From NCBI GenBank assembly GCA_965220045.1, contig OZ244803.1, forward strand, positions 2,177,585-2,241,584: a DNA stretch of 64,000 nt. Direction: 5' to 3'. The stretch's first letter is position 1, and every line of letters starts with the position of its first letter. Below the pieces are notes generated by a model that was not told the origin of the DNA, did not search any database, and was given only the letters and a program-made list of their open reading frames with translations. This DNA is from Chloroflexota bacterium. Lineage in GTDB: Bacteria; Chloroflexota; UBA11872; VXOZ01. A program made the translations under genes and the position numbers. Of this stretch, positions 26,616-34,909 are shown piece after piece.

Positions 26616-27755
26616 ATGAAGATCAGCGATGTACAAACCCATATCGTATGTAGCGGCAAGCGCAATTTCACATTTGTCACCGTTACCGAGGAGAACGGCC
26701 TCTACGGCATCGGCGAATCCGGGTGTTCCGGCAAGGACATGGCCGTCGCGGCGGCCGTGGAGCACTACCGCCCAATGCTCATCGGCCGGGACCCCGCGCG
26801 TATCGAGCATATCTGGCAGGACCACTTCCGCGGCAACTTCTGGCGGGCGGGACCGGTGCTCACAGCGGCCATTTCGGCCCTCGACATCGCCCTGTGGGAC
26901 CTCCTCGGCAAGGCGCTCGAAGTCCCCACCTACCAACTACTCGGCGGCAGGACCCGCGACAAGGTGCGTTGCTATGCTCACTTCAGCGGTGGGAAAGATG
27001 GCCCGGATTCCTTTGCGCAAGCCGCCCAAGCGCGCGTAGATGAGGGCTTTGAGGTGGTGCGGTTCGGTCTACCTTCTGGCCCCGGCGATATTTTGGAGCC
27101 GGCGCGGGCAGTGTGCGATGCGGCGGAGGCATTTCAAGCGGTGCGCGAGACCGTGGGGCATGAGATCGAAATTGCCATCGACGTGCATACCCGGCTCAAT
27201 CCCACGTGGGCCATACAGTTATGTAAACGTCTAGAGCCGCTGCGCCCCTTTTTCGTTGAAGACCCCATTCGCTCGGAGAACCCGCAGTCGTTCGCGAACC
27301 TGCGACACCACACGAGTGTTCCGATTGCCACCGGCGAGCAGCTCATCACCAAGTGGCAGTTCCGCGAGCTGATCGAGAACGAGTGGATCGACTACATGCG
27401 CGCGGACCTCGGCCTGGTCGGGGGCATAACGGAAGGCAAGAAGATCCTAGCCATGAGCGAAGTGCACTACATCGACTCCGCCCTGCACAACCCGTTGGGA
27501 CCCGTGAACACCGCCGCCAGCGTGCAGCTCGACCTGTGCATTCCCAATTTCGGCATCCAAGAGCTTTCGATGATCCCGCCCGCCATGACGGACATCTTTC
27601 CCACCCAATGCCGCGTGGAAGCCGGCCACCTCTATCCCGCCGACGTGCCCGGCATCGGTATCGAGTTCAACGCCGAGGCGGCAAAGCAATACCCGCGTCA
27701 GTATTGGGAACACGCCCGCCTGCACCGGGAAGACGGCTCGCTGACGGACTGGTAA
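26616..27755 (+). CDS. enolase-superfamily dehydratase (mandelate racemase/muconate lactonizing enzyme family; D-mannonate/galactonate dehydratase ManD-like)
   Basis: N-terminus MKISDVQTHIVCSGKRNFTFVTVTEENGLYGIGESG… is characteristic of the ManD/galactonate dehydratase subgroup. Metal-ligand region …IDVHTRLNP…VEDPI…. GGAGG RBS before ATG 26616. Confidence 0.75.
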   Translation: MKISDVQTHIVCSGKRNFTFVTVTEENGLYGIGESGCSGKDMAVAAAVEHYRPMLIGRDPARIEHIWQDHFRGNFWRAGPVLTAAISALDIALWDLLGKALEVPTYQLLGGRTRDKVRCYAHFSGGKDGPDSFAQAAQARVDEGFEVVRFGLPSGPGDILEPARAVCDAAEAFQAVRETVGHEIEIAIDVHTRLNPTWAIQLCKRLEPLRPFFVEDPIRSENPQSFANLRHHTSVPIATGEQLITKWQFRELIENEWIDYMRADLGLVGGITEGKKILAMSEVHYIDSALHNPLGPVNTAASVQLDLCIPNFGIQELSMIPPAMTDIFPTQCRVEAGHLYPADVPGIGIEFNAEAAKQYPRQYWEHARLHREDGSLTDW

Positions 27756-27797
27756 GTGCTCCTAGGGGAATATTCTCGCGGACGGAGGCGGCGAGAC

Positions 27798-28817
27798 TCA
27801 GTTTCCGCGTAGGTGGATCTCAACGCCGGCATGTACCTTGCACGTAAAGCGTATCCGCCTCTCACCGGCCGACAAAACGCTCACTGACCCATTCGGCCCC
27901 CGCACCTCTATGGGGTCAGGATTGTCCGCGAAGGAAACCAGGAGCGTTAGATCACCTTCCTCGATCTGTGGCGGAAGCTGCGGGAAGTCTAGCTCAATGG
28001 TGGCGTGGGAATCCGACTCCTGCTGGATTGCGGACGTGCAGTGTCGCCGCAGGTACCGGTAGCGCACCACGTCATCCGGATTCGCGGCCCACATGCTGTC
28101 ACCAAATGTGGTGCGCATCTGGTCAAAGCGCCCCTCCAGCGCATACGGCGAAATGCACTTATGTCCCTGCGGCGTCTTGTACATGACCAGGTGCGTGACA
28201 TCCACCAGCCACTTGCCCCGCACGCGCTCCGGTTCGAAGCCCCGCCGTGAGAGCCACTCCGGCAAGTACTCGATCTCGTCATCCTCGGAGAGACGGTTGC
28301 GCCAGATGCTGAGGGGATCGAAGTCCGGCGCATTGATGTGTTCGGCGTCGTTGGATGCGCGAGTCAGAGCAAGATAGCCGGGCGTGCGTTCCACCCAAGC
28401 GCGCACCGTATCGTAGACCTCAAAGCTGTTCCACGAGGAGAAGACCGGTACCGGCTGTCCGAGCGCGCGCTCCAGCACGTGGTAGGAGTCCACGATCTCT
28501 TGTTCGTAGTCTATACTGCTCGGATCCCGCAAGGGCGGATGCGAATAGCTGTGGTTGCTGACGCTCCAGCCCTGGCACAGAAGAAACTTCAGGTGCTCCG
28601 GGCCCATGTGGAAGTAGTCATTGAGCGAACTGCGCTCGACGTGTCGCTTCTCGCCGAGCTGTCCAGCCACCACTGCCACATCACCGGGAATGCCGTACTG
28701 CTGCCCCAGCGGGAAGGCATTTGCCAGGCAGTCGAGAGTACCCTCGTCAAAGACCACCGAGTAGACGAACGTCGCGTCGTCTTTCCAGGGCGCCACTTCT
28801 ACTGATGTGATACGCAT
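27798..28817 (-). CDS. polysaccharide deacetylase (carbohydrate esterase family 4, NodB-homology) family protein
   Basis: …YSVVFDEGTLDC… (TFDDG-like), …GWSVSNHSYSHP… (H-S-x-x-H-P motif 2). 339 aa. ATG at 28817 confirmed from sequence. Confidence 0.5.
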   Translation of the reverse strand: MRITSVEVAPWKDDATFVYSVVFDEGTLDCLANAFPLGQQYGIPGDVAVVAGQLGEKRHVERSSLNDYFHMGPEHLKFLLCQGWSVSNHSYSHPPLRDPSSIDYEQEIVDSYHVLERALGQPVPVFSSWNSFEVYDTVRAWVERTPGYLALTRASNDAEHINAPDFDPLSIWRNRLSEDDEIEYLPEWLSRRGFEPERVRGKWLVDVTHLVMYKTPQGHKCISPYALEGRFDQMRTTFGDSMWAANPDDVVRYRYLRRHCTSAIQQESDSHATIELDFPQLPPQIEEGDLTLLVSFADNPDPIEVRGPNGSVSVLSAGERRIRFTCKVHAGVEIHLRGN

Positions 28818-28929
28818 TGAGTCTCGTTCACCCCTTGAACCAGCCGTCTCTCAACGGCTAGTCGCTAGAAATACCATGCTATTCCTCATTCATAGCGCCA
28901 TGGTTAGTCCATGTGCTCGCACCCTCGCT

Positions 28930-28968
28930 CCGGTAGCGCAGGTTTGTAACCCCGTATCACTTACGGGG
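28930..28968. repeat. CCGGTAGCGCAGGTTTGTAACC + CCCCGTATCACTTACGGGG hairpin repeat
   Basis: ccggtagcgcaggtttgtaaccccgtatcacttacgggg. The first part recurs at 62479-62508 as the full hairpin gcgcaggtttgtaacctgcgc. Confidence 0.7.
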
Positions 28969-29053
28969 CAGGCTCTGCGCCCGATGCCGAAGTGCCGAAC
29001 CTTGCCATTCTGCATGCTGCCGCGGAGCGGGCCTCGCGCGGCCCACTTCTCCT

Positions 29054-29104
29054 GGACTCCGGCCCCGTATCGAGTACGGGGCCGGCTTTTCGCCGGAGTG
29101 ACGG
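29054..29104. repeat. Composite palindromic repeat (GGACTCCGG + CCCCGTATCGAGTACGGGG hairpin + GGCTTTTCGCCGGAGTGAC)
   Basis: Inverted copy at 12175-12222. Shorter copy ctggactccggctttcgccggagtgacgg at 29458-29486. Confidence 0.7.
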
Positions 29105-29207
29105 AATAGGAGCCTGCAAGCTGGCCTAGCCACAAAAGCCATTCCCGATCACACGGAATCCAACTCCCCCACATTTATACCGCAGACCGGTTCTGCGCAT
29201 CGCGGAG

Positions 29208-29235
29208 GCGGGGGACAAGCCCCCGCGCTACAAGC
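29208..29235. repeat. GCGGGGGACAAGCCCCCGCGCTACA hairpin repeat
   Basis: gcgggggacaagcccccgcgctacaagc. Other copies at 31207-31231 (reverse) and 62691-62717. Confidence 0.7.
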
Positions 29236-29262
29236 AAGGCGGCTCCTCTCTTTCCGCCATAT

Positions 29263-29394
29263 CCGCGAAAGCGGGGAACCCATCAACACAGACAGCGCCT
29301 CTTCCTTGCCGTCATTCCCGCGAATGCGGGGAATCCGTCTACACAGACAGCGCCTTTTCCTTTCCGTCATTCCCGCGAAAGCGGGAATCCATCT
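29263..29394. repeat. Three tandem ~50-bp units, each ending in the CGTCATTCCCGCGAAAGCGGGAATCC palindrome (SFPRKRESI / IPAFAGMT-type element)
   Basis: …ccgccatatccgcgaaagcggggaacccatcaacacagacagcgcctcttccttgccgtcattcccgcgaatgcggggaatccgtctacacagacagcgccttttcctttccgtcattcccgcgaaagcgggaatccatc. Single copies at 31091-31118, 31291-31320(rev), 36919-36946(rev, variant), 37123-37151, 59284-59313 (inside a CDS), 62634-62663. Confidence 0.75.
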
Positions 29395-29539
29395 TTCTTC
29401 TCTTGCAAGTGCGACTACTCTGCTACACGTCTACCGGAGGCATCACCCGCCTCATCCCTGGACTCCGGCTTTCGCCGGAGTGACGGTCACGTGGTTGCCC
29501 TCAAAATTGCTTGGTTTCTGCTTGACTCGCGTTATGGAA

Positions 29540-30880
29540 TTACGCTATTCGCGCTGAGTCGTATACGCCCGCCATGCCGAGATCCAGCGGATTGACCTGC
29601 ACCCATACTTCATCGGGCGTCGCGTCATCCTTCAGTTCAAGCGACACGGTAGTGCGTTCCAGGCCGGACACCGACCCAATGCAATGTCCAATCTGCCGCC
29701 GGATCAGGATGTTTGCTTCCTCACGGGTAGCATCAGTATCGGCAGCAGTTTTCGGGTCGCCGTTGAAAGCCACCGCCAACATGCGCGAGACGTCAACGAC
29801 GCCAGTGTTCTCCACCACAATCTCGGCCACCAGGCGACCGTTCTCACGGCGCACGTGCGATGTTTCGCGGTTCACCCGCAGTCCCGGAGACAGCTCTTCC
29901 GGCGTGAGCGAGACAGCTCGGTAGGCGTCAAGAATGCCGTGGCCCAGTAACGGATCCCAGCCGGTTCCCTGCGATGTATTGCGCAGAATCTCGCGGATTT
30001 TGCGATTGGAGAGATGCGGATACTGGGAAAACGCCAGCGCCGCAACGCCGCCGCCGAAAGCTGACGCCATGCAGCCGCCCTCAAAGGGAATGTAATCGTG
30101 GTCGCCGCCCGTGCCCCAGACCGACTCGGTGGGGTCGTCGGTATTGCGCTCGCCGCCGGGTGTGGCCGCTTCCACGTAGTCTGCCGATGCCGCGATGTTC
30201 GCTGCTTGACCGTGCCGGTTCGTCGAACCGACAGCAAATACGCTATCGATGCCGGCGTTCACGGTCGCCACCCGCCGCCCGCGGTTGTCCGCCGTCCCTT
30301 TAAAAACCAAGCAGCCGGACTGATACGCGTAGTCAAGCGCTTCGATCAGGCCGATGTTGTCGTAGGGGTAGCTGAAGTCGGTGCCCTTGTAGAACAACGG
30401 CACGCCGTCCGTGTGGTCCAGCGTAATGTAGCCATGGGGCATCACGAGCACCTTGGCGCCGTGGTCGACCGCATAGCGCACGGCGCGCGGCCAACTCTTC
30501 TGGTGATGCGGCTCGTAGCCCACGCGCAAAACCATGATCGGGCACTTGGGCGCCGTCACAGCCACCTCCCCAACCACGAAGGCGTGGTGCCCGCGTTGAT
30601 AGGTGGCGTCTGAGCGCATCCCCTCGTATTCCAGCGTGGCATCTTCCTCGGCAAAGTCCCAGCCGTGCACGTCGCCCCGTGTGGGCCGCGGATTGACCCA
30701 CAGGTGGCCCTCGTGGTCGGGATGAAACCGGTAACCCAGGTCAATCACTGCCACAATTACATCCGGACTGCCCTGCGTTATGGCATGGGCCTCCGGCACC
30801 CGCATCTGATCGAGTGCCCAATCATAGGGCTCGCGCACGCCCTCCGGCAGCGCGCCGGTCTGTTTCTCAGTGATGGCCAT
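29540..30880 (-). CDS. S8 (subtilisin-like) peptidase homolog, intracellular, with Cys at the catalytic-Ser position
   Basis: Asp block …VIVAVIDLGY…. His block …GDVHGWDFAE… ~26 aa later. ~200 aa further on, …EGGCMASAFGGGVAALAF… aligns to the subtilase GTSMAAPHVAGAAAL serine block with C in place of S. No signal peptide (MAITEKQTGALPEG…). Confidence 0.55.
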   Translation of the reverse strand: MAITEKQTGALPEGVREPYDWALDQMRVPEAHAITQGSPDVIVAVIDLGYRFHPDHEGHLWVNPRPTRGDVHGWDFAEEDATLEYEGMRSDATYQRGHHAFVVGEVAVTAPKCPIMVLRVGYEPHHQKSWPRAVRYAVDHGAKVLVMPHGYITLDHTDGVPLFYKGTDFSYPYDNIGLIEALDYAYQSGCLVFKGTADNRGRRVATVNAGIDSVFAVGSTNRHGQAANIAASADYVEAATPGGERNTDDPTESVWGTGGDHDYIPFEGGCMASAFGGGVAALAFSQYPHLSNRKIREILRNTSQGTGWDPLLGHGILDAYRAVSLTPEELSPGLRVNRETSHVRRENGRLVAEIVVENTGVVDVSRMLAVAFNGDPKTAADTDATREEANILIRRQIGHCIGSVSGLERTTVSLELKDDATPDEVWVQVNPLDLGMAGVYDSARIA

Positions 30881-30927
30881 TGAAATCTCCTCCTGTAAAC
30901 GTCAAATCTAAAGTACCGGAGGCCGAG

Positions 30928-31090
30928 CTCCGTCATTACCATGAAATTAGCGCGACAGACTCCGTAATTACTATGTAAATGGCACGGCTGTCTCCGTCAA
31001 TACCATGCAAATTGCGCGATTGTCTCCGTCATTACCATGTAAATTGCACGGCGGTCTCCGTCATTACCATGAAATTAGCGCAACAGACTC
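30928..31090. repeat. Tandem array: 5 copies of a 32-bp unit (CTCCGTCATTACCATGAAATTAGCGCGACAGA, variants), terminating in an SFPRKRESI-type palindrome at 31091-31118
   Basis: Unit starts at 30928, 30960, 30992, 31024, 31056, then the related element from 31088. Units share cgtcattaccatg(a/t)aaat(t/g)gc… and resemble degenerate copies of the CGTCATTCCCGCGAAAGCGGGAATGACG palindrome. Confidence 0.7.
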
Positions 31091-31494
31091 CGTCATTCCC
31101 GCGAAAGCGGGAATCCATCTTCGCCGCGCAGACCCTAAATCCCCACCCAACACTCTTGTCAAGCCAAGACAATCGCGGGAATGAAGTATTGAAGTGATCT
31201 CTCCTATGTAGCGCGGGGGCTTGTCCCCCGCTCCTTGGTGAGCGAGCACGCCAACGCCTTGTTCGTTAGATAGCTGTCCATCTGCCAAGATGGATTCCCG
31301 CTTTCGCGGGAATGACGGATAGTGCGCCCCTCTCGTCTACCACGTACATTCCCTCATTTGCGGCCCACTATAACCTTCAATTAATGGTCAGAATACCGAC
31401 TAATGGTTAGAATGCCGACCACAATTCTTATTTTGAAATCTGCCCAAAGCAAACCCACAGTAATACCGGCTGCACTGGAATCCAGTCTTCACAC

Positions 31495-32605
31495 TCACAC
31501 AATCGCCACTTCCTGCGGTATTGTCCCCAGCCGCTCAAACCCATCACTTCTCAGCACGTACATATCTTCCTCAAGCCACGAGGACTCCAGCGACACCACA
31601 TTGCCTTCCGCGAACGTGATCTCCGGTCGCACGTCGACAGCGGACGGCAGCAAGCTGCCGATCAGCGGTTCTTCGTGCTTGTCCATGCCCACGCCGTGAA
31701 TCCACCACGCGTACGCATCGGTGTCATTGAATTCTCGCTGGCACGCCTCGAACACCTCCCGCTTGGTCTTGCCGGGGCGTACGCAGTCTTCCATATAGAG
31801 CTGCCGCTCGCGGTGTTCACGCCACACCGCCAGGCTGTCCTGCCGCGGCTCGCCGACGCAAAAGTTGAACTTCTGATCGGAGAAGTAGCCTGCGGCTATC
31901 GCGGCAAGGTCAACGCGGTACACCAACCCCGCTTCCACCATGCCGGGGCTGCGGATTACCGCGGCAGCGGGCTGATCACGTAGATTCGAGCCGCCGTGGG
32001 GCAGCATCCACGACACCGGCGACGTGTTGATCGGCAAAGCCCCGTTGTCCAGCACCGCTTTCGCCCACACCGTGACGAGGTCTTGAAACGAGATGCCTAC
32101 CCGTACTTCCTTGAGCATTTCTCGGTACCCGGCTTCCGATGCGGCAATCGCCTTGCGAAGCCACTGGATCTCTTGGGGCGTCTTGCACGCCCGCGCTTGC
32201 CAGAGCAAGAGATCGGCGGCAACGAACGTCGCCTCCGGCAGCAGCTCTTGCAGCCGCGCCAGGTCGCTTGCCGAGGCAAAGTCCATGTCCAGACCGATGC
32301 ACGCTCTCGCCAAGCCGCGTTGGCGCATCTGGTTAGCGAATTCCGTCAGCCGCGCCGCCCGCGAGTGGTCGGGCGCCATGACCCTGCACCGGCATGTCCG
32401 TATCGCGCAACCCACCACCAAACGTAAACGACCGGTCGGGCGGAACCAGGCAGGTCATCCAGGGCGCCAATCCCTGCGGTTCGTTGAGCCACGGCCCCTC
32501 GCTGATTGCCCCGGCCAGATAGGCGCAATTGCGCATGCCGAGCGTAACCAGCGCATCGAGCCGCTGCTCGGACATGGACTGCGTTATGCGTGCGAAGTCA
32601 GCCAT
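31495..32605 (-). pseudogene. M24-family metallopeptidase (creatinase / Xaa-Pro aminopeptidase-like) interrupted by a frameshift
   Basis: N-terminal creatinase-type domain is in ORF 32333..32632 (MADFARITQSMSEQRLDALVTLGMRNCAYLAG…). C-terminal pita-bread catalytic domain is in a different frame, ORF 31495..32421 (…LVYRVDLAAIAAGYFSDQKFNFCVGEP…WIHGVGMDKHEEPLI…). The two frames overlap 32333-32421, so a single indel (or sequencing error) splits the gene. Confidence 0.5.
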
Positions 32606-32652
32606 GAGCCAGATGCCTCGTATGTGCCTCAAGTATGCTTCATTTGCAGGAA

Positions 32653-32705
32653 TTCACCCTTCGACAGGCCTGTACTGAGCTTGTCGAAGTGCTCAGGGCG
32701 AACGG
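32653..32705. repeat. LSLSKG-family hairpin repeat (reverse-orientation complete copy)
   Basis: ttcacccttcgacaggcctgtactgagcttgtcgaagtgctcagggcgaacgg. Followed by degenerate relatives up to 32941 (ccgttcgtgctgagcctgtcgaagcatgaacg = perfect hairpin). Confidence 0.7.
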
Positions 32706-32958
32706 ATCGGGCTTAAGGAATTTGATCGCTACTCCCAAACACTCCGAGCCTGTTGCCTACTGTCCGTTCTGTGCCCGTTGCCTACCGTCCCTGCTGTGCC
32801 TGGCTCCTTCAATTCGCGCCGAGCCTGATGCTCTCCATCCGCGCCGAGCCTGTCGTCTTCCATTCATGCTGTGCCTGCCACTTGCCGTTCGTGCTGTGCC
32901 TGGCTCCTTCCGTTCGTGCTGAGCCTGTCGAAGCATGAACGTATTCATCGTGTCATGC

Positions 32959-34776
32959 CTATGGAATCAGCTCCAACCAGATCGGGCTCGTCCACGCGCG
33001 GTTGCCGTCGCTCTGCCGCACACGCAGGTAGCAATAATGGACGTCCATCGGTGAGTACCGCAGCGGCACCTCGTCTTCAAGTTGCACGTGCTGCTGCCGG
33101 GGCGCATAGCTCTTGGCCGTGTCTCCGTTCACCACCAGGTCAATCTGCTCGATGTCCGCCGTGCCGACCACATCCGCCGTGAACGTAAAGCGCTCGCCCC
33201 GCACGCAGGAACCCATCCACTTGTCGTTCACGCGAAAGTCAACGATCATGCGCACGCCGCTGGTCGCGTAGCAACGCCGGTTGAAGAGCGCGTCGAAGAG
33301 GGACAGTTTGTCCAACCGTTCCGCCCAAACGCCGGTGAGCCCGGCTACACCGGTCAGCGGCCCGGGTTCCTTGTACGGATTGGCAGGCCGACTGTCGTGG
33401 GTGTCGCTCCCGCTCACGAAGCCGAGCTTCACGCCCTGCATCAGGTACTGGTTGATCTTTTCCTCTTCGACTTCGCCGTCCGTTCGCTGCTTCTGGTAGA
33501 TTTCCGCCAGATGTTCTTGCTCGTAGAAGTGCGTATGGAAGTGACCGTGCAGCAGAGCGCCCCGGCGTTTCATTTCGCGGTAAAACTCCTGATAGTCTCT
33601 GCAAAAGACCGTATCGGGATGGAAACGCTTTTGGAGTTTCGGATCGTGCGCCGCAGGTTGATCTTCGCAGAAGACCGGCGGCTGTCCCGCAATCTCCGGG
33701 AAGAAGGCGTGGCGGTGACTGCCGTCGGGGGTGGTGCCGAACTCCGCCGACGGCAGTGCGACAAACTCCCCGGGCAAGTCATATTGCTGCCAGGCGTCTT
33801 GGAGTCTTTCCCATGTCTCCTCGATGGAGATACTGTAGGAAAACAACTGGCCGCCGGCAAAGTCGAGGGCGTTCACATCTTTGCCCCAGGCGAAATGCTC
33901 GGCAAAGGGGCGCTGGCTGAAGAGCATGCCGTGGGGATCGCCCCAATAGAGCGAGAAGGGCGGCGGCTCCGCCGCGACCCGTACCGGATTGCTCGCCGCC
34001 TCGATGTCGCGATATGACGCCGTGACACGGTCTACCGGCCCCTGGACGGGAAGCGTACCTGCGGTGCTAAACGAATTGAGCGCGACCGTTGTTTCGCCGC
34101 CACTCGAACGCAAGGTCACCTCGCCCGCGGCAGCGCGCACGGGATTACCAAACCTATCGGTGACGACGACCTTTGCGGCCGCCTGCCCCGTGGCATGCGA
34201 AGGGGCGGTCACTTGCAGGGCCGCCGGTTCGGCCTCCTTGATCGTGAGGGGATGACTCTCCAGCAAGGAAAGTTCCGCCTCGCGCGGCAGGAAGTAATGG
34301 TGCTTGTCGCGTTCCGGGTGGTAAAACGTAAGCTCGCCAACCGGGTCCTCAACCAGCCAGAAACGAAAGGCATCGATGGCGTTGCGGGGCAACAGGAAAC
34401 CGTCAGGCGCGGTGCGCAATTCTATCGTAACGCTTTCCGTGGCCCCCACTGCGCCCGCAACACAATTTACGTGCACCACGTGGAGAAATTCGGGCGCCGG
34501 GGCATGAATGTCAAACGTCCGCACCACGCCGCCGTCAACAAGCGCCTCGGCCTCCCACACCGATCCCGCCGGCCCACTCACCGCAATAGAGTCCGGCCAA
34601 GCGAAGTCGAGCACCCACTCGTCAAGCTGGCGAATGTCGAAGAAAAACCAGAGGTTCCCGCCCGTCTGCAGACCTCCCGCCGGGGGCGTGTAGTGAAGCT
34701 GCAGCCTGACCGTTTCTGCGACTCGCAGCGGACCCTCTACACTGACCCGGAAACGCCCATTGACCTCCGCAGACAC
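32959..34776 (-). CDS. DUF3604-family protein (PHP-like metal-dependent hydrolase fold), paralog 1 of 3
   Basis: 605 aa. …FSLYWGDPHGMLF…, …GALLHGHFHTHFYEQE…, …GFVSGSDTHDSRPANP… resemble PHP-domain metal-ligand motifs. Size and motif order fit DUF3604 (family assignment from memory, not searched). Confidence 0.55.
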   Translation of the reverse strand: MSAEVNGRFRVSVEGPLRVAETVRLQLHYTPPAGGLQTGGNLWFFFDIRQLDEWVLDFAWPDSIAVSGPAGSVWEAEALVDGGVVRTFDIHAPAPEFLHVVHVNCVAGAVGATESVTIELRTAPDGFLLPRNAIDAFRFWLVEDPVGELTFYHPERDKHHYFLPREAELSLLESHPLTIKEAEPAALQVTAPSHATGQAAAKVVVTDRFGNPVRAAAGEVTLRSSGGETTVALNSFSTAGTLPVQGPVDRVTASYRDIEAASNPVRVAAEPPPFSLYWGDPHGMLFSQRPFAEHFAWGKDVNALDFAGGQLFSYSISIEETWERLQDAWQQYDLPGEFVALPSAEFGTTPDGSHRHAFFPEIAGQPPVFCEDQPAAHDPKLQKRFHPDTVFCRDYQEFYREMKRRGALLHGHFHTHFYEQEHLAEIYQKQRTDGEVEEEKINQYLMQGVKLGFVSGSDTHDSRPANPYKEPGPLTGVAGLTGVWAERLDKLSLFDALFNRRCYATSGVRMIVDFRVNDKWMGSCVRGERFTFTADVVGTADIEQIDLVVNGDTAKSYAPRQQHVQLEDEVPLRYSPMDVHYCYLRVRQSDGNRAWTSPIWLELIP

Positions 34777-34909
34777 GGCCCATGCTCCTTGGGATCTATG
34801 TCTTGACGGGACAAGTACACAGTACCACTGTGCTAGGGATCCGTTTGCACAGCATGCCTCTTGGCAGTCGGCAAAACGCGGCAGGTATCCTCAACTCAAT
34901 TGGGCTCGA

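Noticed and set aside
30928-31118. 32-bp periodic repeat array that superficially resembles a CRISPR array
   Set aside because: Units abut each other with no unique spacers; period 32 bp equals unit length. The units are degenerate copies of the SFPRKRESI palindrome, and no cas genes or leader are nearby.
32635-32948. Short ORFs 32635..32922(+), 32753..32938(+), 32757..32948(-) and 2476..2682(-), 11073..11348(-), 11377..11574(-) with repetitive translations (…PFVLCLAPSVRAEP…, …LRQAQGER…)
   Set aside because: They are translations of the LSLSKG-family hairpin repeats and their degenerate tandem copies, not genes.
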